From assembly GCA_964497435.1 (NCBI GenBank), contig CAZCCD010000005.1, forward strand, positions 12,214 through 44,213: DNA of 32,000 bases. Reading direction: 5' to 3'. The position numbers were made by a program, and so were the translations under genes. Each line of letters begins with the position of its first letter. The stretch's first letter is position 1. Of the stretch, positions 8,956-17,013 are shown piece after piece. Source of the DNA: Candidatus Woesearchaeota archaeon. Its GTDB lineage: Archaea > Nanobdellota > Nanobdellia > Pacearchaeales > GW2011-AR1. The notes beneath the pieces are model-generated. The model ran no database searches. It saw only the letters and a program-made list of their open reading frames with translations, and had not been told where the DNA came from.

Positions 8956-9606
8956 ATGTTCGGAAGAAAAAAATGCCACAGATGCGGAGAAAAAATAAGT
9001 AATAAGTTTACTTATTGTCCTAACTGCGGTGTTCTTACAGGAAACGAAAGAGAAGACTTTGGTTTGCTAGGGAGAGATGATTCTATTGATGAATTTGATG
9101 AAATGTCTAAGGTAATGTTTGGAGGGGTTAGCGGAAAAATGCTGAACAAAATGCTTTCAGGAGCAATGAAAATGCTTGAGAAAGAGATGCAAAGAAGTAT
9201 GGAGCAAGAAGGCATAAGAACAAATTTTGAATTATATGTCAATGGAAAGAAGATTAATCCTGAAAACATAAGGGTTATAAAAAAGCCTGTACAAAAACAA
9301 AATGAAAAGAAACATCACAATTCTACCCATCTTGATGAAGAATCCATAAAAAGGTTTATAGAATTGCCAAAATCAGAACCTAAAACAAACGTTAGAAGAT
9401 TTTCTAATAGAGTTCTTTATGAGGTTGATATGCCTGGTGTTGAATCAATAAAAGACATATCTATAGTAAGATTAGAGAACAGCATAGAAATCAAGGCTGT
9501 TGCAAAGGATAAAGCTTACAAAAAAATAATTCCAATTGATCTGCCGTTGAAACAATATAAGTTAGATAAAGACAAGTTGATTCTTGAGTTAGGTGTGAAA
9601 GGTTAG
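8956..9606 (+). CDS. Zinc-ribbon protein with a C-terminal Hsp20/alpha-crystallin-like domain (tentative)
   Basis: N-terminal CxxC...CxxC (CHRCGEKISNKFTYCPNCG). The C-terminus, YEVDMPGVESIKDISIVRLENSIEIKAVAK...LILELG, resembles the small-HSP ACD pattern. A TATA box (tatttaaa, 8927-8934) lies 20 nt before the ATG. Confidence 0.5.
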   Translation: MFGRKKCHRCGEKISNKFTYCPNCGVLTGNEREDFGLLGRDDSIDEFDEMSKVMFGGVSGKMLNKMLSGAMKMLEKEMQRSMEQEGIRTNFELYVNGKKINPENIRVIKKPVQKQNEKKHHNSTHLDEESIKRFIELPKSEPKTNVRRFSNRVLYEVDMPGVESIKDISIVRLENSIEIKAVAKDKAYKKIIPIDLPLKQYKLDKDKLILELGVKG

Positions 9607-9634
9607 ACCATATTTTGCATAAAAATAAATGCCA

Positions 9635-9781
9635 TGAGGCTGCACAGATTTGAACTGTGGACCCCTGCCTGGCCGAGATAGTTTAAGGTATTTCTCATCC
9701 TATTCCTATCAGAATCACCTTCTGCTTAACTTTTACATAAAAACAGAATGCAGTGCTCTAACCAGACTGAGCTACAGCCTC
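9635..9781 (-). tRNA. tRNA with about 72 nt of intervening sequence; anticodon uncertain (CUG/Gln by canonical numbering, but Arg-like body)
   Basis: On the minus strand: acceptor GAGGCTG/CAGCCTC plus A. D-arm GCTC-AGTCTGGTTA-GAGC. T-arm CACAG-TTCAAAT-CTGTG. Anticodon stem 5' strand CTGC(A) and 3' strand (G)GCAG. The 5' loop reads TTCTGT. The 68-aa ORF at 9650..9856 on the plus strand is spurious. Confidence 0.7.
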
Positions 9782-9895
9782 ATTATTGAAAACAAAAGCT
9801 TATTGTTTAAAAAGCTTTTTAAACCACTTTTCTTAATCAATATAATGACAGACTGAAATCCAAAAGGATTTCGTCAAATCCATTTTATAAATAAA

Positions 9896-10408
9896 ATGTC
9901 TAAAGGAATGTACCACTATATTAAACAAGCATGGAAAAAGCCAGATCCTAAAATATTAAGAGAGAGAATGATTTCTTGGAGAAGCTCTGGGGTTTTTACA
10001 AAAGTTGAAAAGCCTTTAAGATTAGATAGGGCTAGAAACCTAGGATATAAAGATAAGAAAGGATTTGTTGTTATAAGAATAAGATTAATGAGAGGAGGGC
10101 ATAAAAGGCCAAGGCCAAATAAAGCAAGAAGGTCAAAAAGGTTACATACAAGGAAGAATCTAATTATGAATTATAGATGGATTGCAGAATCTAGAGTCCA
10201 AAAAAGATACCCTAATCTCGAGGTTTTAAATTCATACTTAATTGGAAAAGACGGGATTCATTATTTTTATGAAGTAATTTGTGTTGATCCTGAAAGGCCT
10301 GAAATAAAAAATGATCCTGTAATTAATTGGATAACAAAGCCTGTAAACAGAAACAGGGTTTTAAGAGGTTTAACTTCTGCTGCGAAAAAGGCGAGGGGAT
10401 TGAGGTAA
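9896..10408 (+). CDS. rpl15e: 50S ribosomal protein L15e
   Basis: MSKGMYHYIKQAWKKP... and RGGHKRPRPNKARRSKR match the archaeal/eukaryotic L15e signature. Confidence 0.93.
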   Translation: MSKGMYHYIKQAWKKPDPKILRERMISWRSSGVFTKVEKPLRLDRARNLGYKDKKGFVVIRIRLMRGGHKRPRPNKARRSKRLHTRKNLIMNYRWIAESRVQKRYPNLEVLNSYLIGKDGIHYFYEVICVDPERPEIKNDPVINWITKPVNRNRVLRGLTSAAKKARGLR

Positions 10409-10544
10409 AAAGACTCAAGAATAAAGACAGGGCCTTAGAGAAGAAAAATGGGTAGTTAAGAGTAAACTTAAAAACTTCTTATTCTTGTTCAATATAGGTT
10501 TATCCTGACTTTCATCGGAGGCAACTAAAGAAAGTCGTATGAGG

Positions 10545-10571
10545 ATGAACCTTTCAAAAAGGTTCCCAAAA
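10545..10571 (+). promoter_or_regulatory. Copy 1 of a repeated 27-nt hairpin motif (ATGAACCTTTCAAAAAGGTTCCCAAAA), 49 nt upstream of the lig ATG
   Basis: 8-bp stem GAACCTTT/AAAGGTTC with a 3-nt loop. A near-identical copy lies at 16966..16992. An SD-like TAGGT follows before the ATG. Confidence 0.5.
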
Positions 10572-10593
10572 GGGAAAAACCGTAGGTTTTAAA

Positions 10594-12300
10594 ATGCTCT
10601 ACAAAAAACTCTCTGAGGTATATGAAGAACTATCTTCGACAACAAAAAGGCTTGAGAAAATAGAAATATTAAGAAAATTTCTTCTAGCCTTACATGATTC
10701 TGATAAAGATGTTCTTTATTTGCTTCTTGGAGATATTTATCCTGAGTTTGATGAGCGGAGAATTGGAATTAGTGACCAATTAGCTATAAAGGCAATTTCA
10801 ATATCTACAGGAACTGAAAAAGAACAAGTAGTGAAAGAATGGAAAGATATTGGAGATTTAGGTTTAGTTGCTGAAAAATTAACTAAAAAAAGAAAACAAT
10901 CAACACTACATAGCCATGTCTTAACAACTGAAAAAGTCATTGAAAATCTAAGAAAACTTCCTGCTTTAGAAGGAAAAGGAACAATTGGGAAAAAACTCTC
11001 TTTAATTACAGAATTATTAACATCTGCCTCTCCTATTGAAGCTAAGTATTTGATTAGGACTTTAATTGGTGATTTAAGAATAGGTGTAAAGGAAAGCAGT
11101 GTAAGAGATGCAGTGTCAAAGGCTTTTTTCAAAGGAGATAAAGAAGATTCTGGAAAAGTTCAGAGAGCAATAGATAAATCAAATGACATTGGAGAAGTAT
11201 TTGAGAAAGCTAAAAAAGGCAAAATAAAAGACCTTGAAAAAGTAAGCCTTGAAGTTGGAAAGCCGATAAAAGCAATGTTGGCACAAAAAGCAGAGTCAAT
11301 AAAAGATGGTTTTGAAAAATTAGGAAAACCTTGTGCTGTAGAATATAAATATGATGGTTTTAGATTAATTATACATAAAAAAGGAAATGAAATAATTTTA
11401 TTCACAAGAAGACTCGAAAATGTCACAAAACAATTCCCTGAAGTAGTAGATTACGTTAAGAAATATGTTAAAGGTAATTCTTTCATTCTTGACAGCGAAG
11501 CAGTTGGTTTTGATTTGAAAACAAAGAGATACACTCAATTTCAGAAAATTTCTCAGAGAATAAGAAGAAAATATGATATTGAAAAACTCTCTAAAGAACT
11601 TCCTGTAGAAATTAATGTTTTTGATATTCTTTATTATAATGGTAAATCTTTACTTGATGAGCCTTTTGAAAAGAGGACAAAATTAATTAAAGAAATAATA
11701 AAAAGTCAGCCATACAAAATAATTCATGCAAAGCAGATAATAACTGATGATGAAAAAAAGACAGAAGAATTTTACAAGGCTGCATTAAAAGACAATCAAG
11801 AAGGAGTTATGATGAAGAACCTTAAATCTGGTTATAATCCTGGTTCAAGGGTTGGACACATGTTAAAATTAAAACCAGAAGAAAAAGACTATGACCTTGT
11901 TATTACAGGGGCTGAATACGGCACTGGAAAAAGGTCTGGCTGGCTTTCTTCGTTTTATATTTCATGCAGAGGAAATTCTGGAGAGTATCTTGAAGTCGGA
12001 AAAGTTTCAACTGGTTTAAAAGAAAAAACTAGCGAAGGAGTTTCTTATGATGAATTAACTGAATTGTTAAAGCCTTTAATTACAAGTGAAAAAGGTAAGT
12101 TAGTTAACATAAAACCTAAAGTTGTTGTGGCAGTTACTTATCAAGAAATACAACACTCTCCTAATTATAAATCTGGATTTGCATTAAGGTTTCCAAGATT
12201 CACTGCTTTAAGACAAGAAAAACATCTTTCTGAAATAGCATCAATAGAAGAAATTGAAAAAGATTTTGAAAGCCAAAAGAGAAATTGGAAGTATGGATGA
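10594..12300 (+). CDS. lig: ATP-dependent DNA ligase (Lig1 family)
   Basis: Adenylation motif AVEYKYDGFRLIIHK (KxDG). It also has EGVMMK and the C-terminal LRFPRF motif, at a length typical of archaeal ligases. Confidence 0.93.
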   Translation: MLYKKLSEVYEELSSTTKRLEKIEILRKFLLALHDSDKDVLYLLLGDIYPEFDERRIGISDQLAIKAISISTGTEKEQVVKEWKDIGDLGLVAEKLTKKRKQSTLHSHVLTTEKVIENLRKLPALEGKGTIGKKLSLITELLTSASPIEAKYLIRTLIGDLRIGVKESSVRDAVSKAFFKGDKEDSGKVQRAIDKSNDIGEVFEKAKKGKIKDLEKVSLEVGKPIKAMLAQKAESIKDGFEKLGKPCAVEYKYDGFRLIIHKKGNEIILFTRRLENVTKQFPEVVDYVKKYVKGNSFILDSEAVGFDLKTKRYTQFQKISQRIRRKYDIEKLSKELPVEINVFDILYYNGKSLLDEPFEKRTKLIKEIIKSQPYKIIHAKQIITDDEKKTEEFYKAALKDNQEGVMMKNLKSGYNPGSRVGHMLKLKPEEKDYDLVITGAEYGTGKRSGWLSSFYISCRGNSGEYLEVGKVSTGLKEKTSEGVSYDELTELLKPLITSEKGKLVNIKPKVVVAVTYQEIQHSPNYKSGFALRFPRFTALRQEKHLSEIASIEEIEKDFESQKRNWKYG

Positions 12301-12750
12301 TTATTCTGTATCAGCGTATTCTCTAAGTAAAGGAAGATCTTGACTTGTAATTCGGCCCCGTATGTTTGCTTCCACATTTCTTGCGACGAGATTCGTTTTG
12401 CATATTGTTTGAAGTCCTCCTCCTAAATGTGGTAGGTTTTCTTGATGATCGTATCTGAGCTTATAAGTTCCAACCCAAGTTCCAACCCAAAGTTTTTTAT
12501 CTTTATCAAAATCAAATCGATAACTAAATAGGTTATTACTGTATTGTTTCATAAAACTAAGTAGAGTGTTTAACTTCATACTCCCGTTTATGTTTGAGTT
12601 GCCCCATCTATCAGCTAACATGCCCCGTAGATCTTTTTTAGAAGTAGGTTTTTCGCTAAGTTCATCTCCTGTGATAAAATAACCTCCAAAAGTAGTTTTT
12701 ACTCCATCAAACTCGTCAAAAAATCCTACAATCGTATATAAATTTCCCAT
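12301..12750 (-). CDS. Hypothetical protein (149 aa)
   Basis: Long ORF with a standard promoter: GACAATAAT + TATTATAAAC, then 20 nt to the ATG. Its stop codon abuts the lig stop (TGA|TTA). I recognise no family. Confidence 0.5.
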   Translation of the reverse strand: MGNLYTIVGFFDEFDGVKTTFGGYFITGDELSEKPTSKKDLRGMLADRWGNSNINGSMKLNTLLSFMKQYSNNLFSYRFDFDKDKKLWVGTWVGTYKLRYDHQENLPHLGGGLQTICKTNLVARNVEANIRGRITSQDLPLLREYADTE

Positions 12751-12995
12751 ATTTATAGTATTTATTAATAGTTTATAATAATTATTGTCTTTTGATTATT
12801 ATAAAAAACAAACACAAAAAACATTATAAAAATTAGCAAGCATTATTGATACTACTTCCTACTTAACTATATTAGAAAGATCTATATTGGAATTATATTT
12901 TACATATTCTTGGTTGGAATTATTTCTGGACAACAAATACCTGATTATAGTGATGAGTATTTTAATGATTTTGCAAATGTTTTGGACATTTTTAG

Positions 12996-14432
12996 TTAAC
13001 GAACTATAGTTGCATCACTTTCTGCTCCAACTGAAATGGCTTTAACTGTTCCTCCTGTAAATCTTTCAAAATCCCTCACAACAACTCTAATACTAAAAGG
13101 GAGATCTTCGTATCTTCTAACTCTACTTACATCCCTATAACCTTCATACCTTTGATATTGTGGATGAACTCTTCTTAAGAAATTTTCATCTTTTGAAAAG
13201 CTAGTTTCAATTTTATTTCTGTCAATATAATAACTATAACAAATTTTAAATTCATCAATTCCAGCCAAAGAGTCTACTTTAGTCAATACAATTAAAGGCC
13301 CATTTATTCCAACAGCATATTTGGCAGCTACTGCATCTGTCCAGCCAATTCTTCTTGGCCGTTTAGTTGTTGCACCATACTCGCCAGCAGCCAATCTTAT
13401 TCCAAGTCCTTTAGTGAAAGGATCAGTAGACTTCATTAATTCAATTATTTTTGGATGATGTCTGTTATATTTTATTTCACCAGCAATTTCTTCAAAAGGT
13501 ATTTCAGCACTTTTTAATTCAGACACTAAATTATGTTCTAATCCCTTTGCACAATATTTTTCTGATTCTAAACCTCCAAGTTCTGTTGGAAATGGACCTG
13601 CTCCAACTCTTGTCATGAAAGGGAATTTAATAACACCTAAAGGTAAATCAACAACTCTGGAAGATAGTCCAACACCATTACAAGTTCCACTCAAAGAACA
13701 ATCTGATGATGTAACGTAAGGATATGTTCCATGTTCAACACTAAGCAAAAGACCTTGAGCTCCTTCTAACAAAATTCTCTTTCCTTGCCTATAAAATTCA
13801 TGCATCTCTGAAACAGTATCTCTGACAAAGGGCCTTAATCTATCAATATAAGGTTGCAATTCACTTATAACATCGTCTACATTTATTTCTTGCTCTGAGT
13901 AGAACTCGGCCTGCTTTCTAATTTTCCTTACAAGTTTATCTCTATCAAACAAATCTTCAATAGTTATGCCTCTCCTAGCTATTTTATCAGTGTAAGCAGG
14001 ACCTATTCCTCTACCAGTACTGCCAATACCTCCTTTATCTTGAGAAGAATCCCTAGCTTTATCTAATGTAACATGGTAAGGCATTATGGCATGAGCATCT
14101 TTGCTAACCATAAGATGATTGTAGGTTATACCTCTAGAATCTAATTCATCAAGTTCTCTAGAAAAAGCTATAGGATCTATAACCATTCCATTACCCATTA
14201 TGTTAATCTTTCCATCAGAATCTCTTAATATTCCTGTCGGGATTAAATGAAGAATGATTTCTTTTCCATCAACTATTGATGTATGTCCAGCGTTATTTCC
14301 TCCAGTTCCTCTTGCAATCACATCTGCCCATGAAGAAAAATAATCAACTATTTTTCCCTTGCCAGTATCACCCCATTGATTGCAGACAATAGAGGCAACT
14401 TGCACGTTGTTTAATAATTTAGACAAAGACAT
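12996..14432 (-). CDS. purA: Adenylosuccinate synthetase
   Basis: Matching motifs: QWGDTGKGKIVDY, GGNNAGHT, GRGIGPAYTDK, LEGAQG...GTYPYVTSS, GAGPFPTEL and GATTKRPRRIGW. I prefer the start at the ATG at 14432 (MSLSKLL), 1 nt after the guaB stop, over the overlapping ATG at 14459. Confidence 0.9.
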   Translation of the reverse strand: MSLSKLLNNVQVASIVCNQWGDTGKGKIVDYFSSWADVIARGTGGNNAGHTSIVDGKEIILHLIPTGILRDSDGKINIMGNGMVIDPIAFSRELDELDSRGITYNHLMVSKDAHAIMPYHVTLDKARDSSQDKGGIGSTGRGIGPAYTDKIARRGITIEDLFDRDKLVRKIRKQAEFYSEQEINVDDVISELQPYIDRLRPFVRDTVSEMHEFYRQGKRILLEGAQGLLLSVEHGTYPYVTSSDCSLSGTCNGVGLSSRVVDLPLGVIKFPFMTRVGAGPFPTELGGLESEKYCAKGLEHNLVSELKSAEIPFEEIAGEIKYNRHHPKIIELMKSTDPFTKGLGIRLAAGEYGATTKRPRRIGWTDAVAAKYAVGINGPLIVLTKVDSLAGIDEFKICYSYYIDRNKIETSFSKDENFLRRVHPQYQRYEGYRDVSRVRRYEDLPFSIRVVVRDFERFTGGTVKAISVGAESDATIVR

Positions 14433-14433
14433 T

Positions 14434-15921
14434 TTATTCTCTTGAGTAATTAGGAGCATCTTTAATTATCCTAACATCATGTGGATGAGACTCTGCAATT
14501 CCAGCACTAGTTATTCTTATTAACTCACCTTTTTCTTTTAACTCTCTTATTGTAGCGGCTCCAACATAACCCATTCCATTCCTGAGACCTCCAACATATT
14601 GAAAAATAACATCTTCTAGTTTACCTCTATAAGGTACAGCTCCTTCTATGCCTTCAGGAACAAGTTTTCCATTTTCTTGGGAATATCTCTCTCTAGAGCC
14701 TTTACTCTTTGCCATTGCTTCTAGTGAACCCATGCCTCTATAATGTTTCCATGTTCTTCCTTCTAAGAATATTTTTTCTCCAGGAGCCTCTTCTGTTCCA
14801 GCTAACATACTTCCCATCATGACAGAATCAGCGCCAGCAGCTATGGCTACAGGAATATCTCCTGAGAATCTTAACCCTCCATCAGCACAAATAGGAATAC
14901 CGCTTCCAGCTAAAGCTCTTGCACAATCGTAAACAGCTGAAACTTGAGGCACTCCAATTCCTGCAATAACCCTAGTAGTGCATATAGAGCCAGGACCTTG
15001 GCCTACTTTAATTCCATCTGCTCCTGCATCAGCCAATCTTACAGCTAAAACTCCAGAAGATACGTTTCCAGCCACAACATCAACTTTATAATCTCTTTTT
15101 ATTCTCTCCAATGTTTTAATAACATTAGAACTGCCACCATGAGCAGAGTCTAAAACAATTACATCAACATCTTTTTCAATCAAACTCTTAACTCTTCTTA
15201 AAGCTTCATTTCCTACACCAACAGCAGCAGCAACTCTTAATCTACCTTTATCATCTATATTGTGCATTTTTCCGCTATCAGTTACAATTCTTTTAACATC
15301 GCTAAAAACATACAATCCTCTTACTTCCATATCTTTTGAAACTAAAGGCAGAGCCTTTTTCTTTTCCTTTCTCATAATTTCATAAGCTTGATCTATCGTA
15401 GTTCCTTCAAGAGCAGTTAAAAGATCTCTAGACATTATATCTTCTATAGAAAGCGAGTGGTCATCACAAAAATCAAAATCATTATTTGTTACAATACCAA
15501 CTAACTTATTATCTTGATTAATTACGGGAAAACTAAAAAAAGAATACTTCTTTGCTTCTATTCTTCTTAAAACATACTCAACAGTTTGGCCATCGTAAAC
15601 ACATATTGGTTTCTCTATTAACCCATTTAAATGATGTTTAACTTTATCGACATGAGAAACTTGTTTTTCTATTGAAAGGCTTCTGTGTATAACTCCAAGC
15701 CCTCCAAGCTTAGCAAGTTCTATAGCTAAAGCATATTCAGTAACAGTGTCCATGGCTGCGCTAACAATAGGAATTTTTAAAGCAACATTTCTAGAAAACA
15801 TTGTAGAGGTCGCAACTTCTCCAGGCAACACATCAGATTCCCCAGGAACTAACCTAACGTCATCATAGGTTAAAGCTAGTCCTTGCTCTCTAGCTCTTTC
15901 AAGAGCTGGTTTTTCTCTCAT
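14434..15921 (-). CDS. guaB: IMP dehydrogenase with a CBS-pair insertion
   Basis: Catalytic loop [20 protein letters not shown]. Other motifs include DSAHGGS and [12 protein letters not shown] region lies between residues ~95 and 210. Confidence 0.93.
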   Translation of the reverse strand: MREKPALERAREQGLALTYDDVRLVPGESDVLPGEVATSTMFSRNVALKIPIVSAAMDTVTEYALAIELAKLGGLGVIHRSLSIEKQVSHVDKVKHHLNGLIEKPICVYDGQTVEYVLRRIEAKKYSFFSFPVINQDNKLVGIVTNNDFDFCDDHSLSIEDIMSRDLLTALEGTTIDQAYEIMRKEKKKALPLVSKDMEVRGLYVFSDVKRIVTDSGKMHNIDDKGRLRVAAAVGVGNEALRRVKSLIEKDVDVIVLDSAHGGSSNVIKTLERIKRDYKVDVVAGNVSSGVLAVRLADAGADGIKVGQGPGSICTTRVIAGIGVPQVSAVYDCARALAGSGIPICADGGLRFSGDIPVAIAAGADSVMMGSMLAGTEEAPGEKIFLEGRTWKHYRGMGSLEAMAKSKGSRERYSQENGKLVPEGIEGAVPYRGKLEDVIFQYVGGLRNGMGYVGAATIRELKEKGELIRITSAGIAESHPHDVRIIKDAPNYSRE

Positions 15922-15981
15922 GAATATTGTTTATTGAAAAACTTTATAATAATTATGGTGGTGAAAAATCATTGTAAAAAA

Positions 15982-16062
15982 CGCCAACGCTAGGATTCGA
16001 ACCTAGAAGTCTTTCGACACTGGTGTTCGAGACCAGCCCATTAACCATTCTGGCACGTTGGC
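15982..16062 (-). tRNA. tRNA-Ser(CGA), class II with a long variable arm and no intron
   Basis: On the minus strand: acceptor GCCAACG/CGTTGGC plus G73. Anticodon arm CTGGT-CTCGAAC-ACCAG. Variable arm GTC-GAAA-GAC. T-arm CTAGG-TTCGAAT-CCTAG. Confidence 0.88.
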
Positions 16063-16338
16063 ATAAAATTTTTACTGAATTGGAGTATAAAAACTAAGCG
16101 AATTCAAGCAAAGAGCTCGCTCGCTGTGCTCGCTTAATTGTACTCACAAAGTTCGCAATATTTATATGCAAGTTAATTAATTTCGATAAACTGTTAAAAT
16201 TTATACCTTAACATTTTATGTGGAGAAATCTAACAAAGCGAACCAGAAAAGTGGAGTTAATCAACAACTTGTTAGTGAATAAATTCTTCAAAATTTAAAC
16301 ATCGATAAATTTATATAATTCTTTTCTATTGTTAATTC

Positions 16339-16941
16339 ATGCACAAACTACCTACACTTCCTTATCCATATTATGCTTTAGAGCCTTTCATAGATGCAAA
16401 AACAATGGAGATTCATCATGGAAAGCATCATCAGGCTTACGTTGATAAGTTAAATGTAGCCTTAGAAAAGCATCCTGAATTGCAAAAAAAGAAAGTTGAA
16501 GATTTATTAAAAAATTTAAATTCTATTCCTCAAGAAATTAAACAAGCAGTCATTAATCATGGAGGAGGGCATTACAATCACAGTTTTTGGTGGCCGATGC
16601 TGAAGAAAGGAACAAAATACAAAGGAGAAATACAAAAAGCGATAGAAAAAACATTTGAAAGCTTTGATAAGTTTAAAGAAACATTTACTAATTCAGCAAC
16701 AACTTTATTTGGAAGCGGGTGGGCTTGGCTTGTCTTGGACAAAGGAAAACTAGAAATAATTCAAACAAAAAATCAAGATTCTCCGATTTCACTTGGAAAA
16801 ATTCCTGTTCTTGGAATCGATGTTTGGGAACATGCTTATTATTTGAAATATCAGAATAAAAGGCCTGATTATGTCGCTGCTTTTTTCAATGTGATTAATT
16901 GGGATCAGGTAGAAAAGAATTATAAGGAAGCAAAGAAATGA
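16339..16941 (+). CDS. sod: Fe/Mn superoxide dismutase
   Basis: LPYPYYALEPFIDAKTMEIHHGKHHQAYV and DVWEHAYYLKYQNKRPDYV are signature motifs. Confidence 0.93.
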   Translation: MHKLPTLPYPYYALEPFIDAKTMEIHHGKHHQAYVDKLNVALEKHPELQKKKVEDLLKNLNSIPQEIKQAVINHGGGHYNHSFWWPMLKKGTKYKGEIQKAIEKTFESFDKFKETFTNSATTLFGSGWAWLVLDKGKLEIIQTKNQDSPISLGKIPVLGIDVWEHAYYLKYQNKRPDYVAAFFNVINWDQVEKNYKEAKK

Positions 16942-16965
16942 AATTATTGGTTGCTGAAGTTGTGA

Positions 16966-16992
16966 ATGAACCTTTCTCAAAGGTTCCCAAAA
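16966..16992 (+). promoter_or_regulatory. Copy 2 of the repeated 27-nt hairpin motif (ATGAACCTTTCTCAAAGGTTCCCAAAA), 48 nt upstream of the ATG at 17014
   Basis: It has the same 8-bp stem as copy 1; only the loop differs (CTC versus CAA). It lies 25 nt after the sod stop and is followed by a strong SD (GGAGGT, 17002-17007). Confidence 0.5.
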
Positions 16993-17013
16993 AGAGACGC
17001 TGGAGGTTAACAG

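Noticed and set aside
9650-9856. 68-aa plus-strand ORF from the track.
   Set aside because: It lies directly on top of the minus-strand intron-containing tRNA (9635..9781). Its composition is low-complexity, and it has no promoter or SD context.
10536-10552. Possible C/D-box sRNA C-box (ATGAGGATGA; TGAATGA in copy 2) at the 5' edge of the repeated hairpin motif.
   Set aside because: Neither copy matches RUGAUGA exactly. No CUGA D-box sits at a suitable distance downstream, so a k-turn cannot be drawn.
10737-11426. Antisense ORFs inside lig (131 aa and 88 aa). Similar antisense or out-of-frame ORFs occur inside the surface proteins, metG, sufB, pyrE-pyrF and mcm.
   Set aside because: Each is fully embedded in a confidently identified gene on the other strand or frame. 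The peptides are S/F/L/I-rich and low-complexity, as expected for shadow ORFs in AT-rich DNA.
12842-12999. Plus-strand open frame ...IYIGIIFYIFLVGIISGQQIPDYSDEYFNDFANVLDIFS*, a possible small membrane protein upstream of the 149-aa ORF.
   Set aside because: It has no ATG, GTG or TTG start after the in-frame TGA, no promoter geometry, and is under 50 codons. A second frame is equally open across the same AT-rich stretch.
14433-14459. Nine-codon N-terminal extension of purA (MLLITQENK) overlapping guaB by 26 nt.
   Set aside because: The internal ATG at 14432 lies 1 nt after the guaB stop. It also begins just before the conserved PurA N-terminal region, so the extension is probably an ORF-caller artefact.
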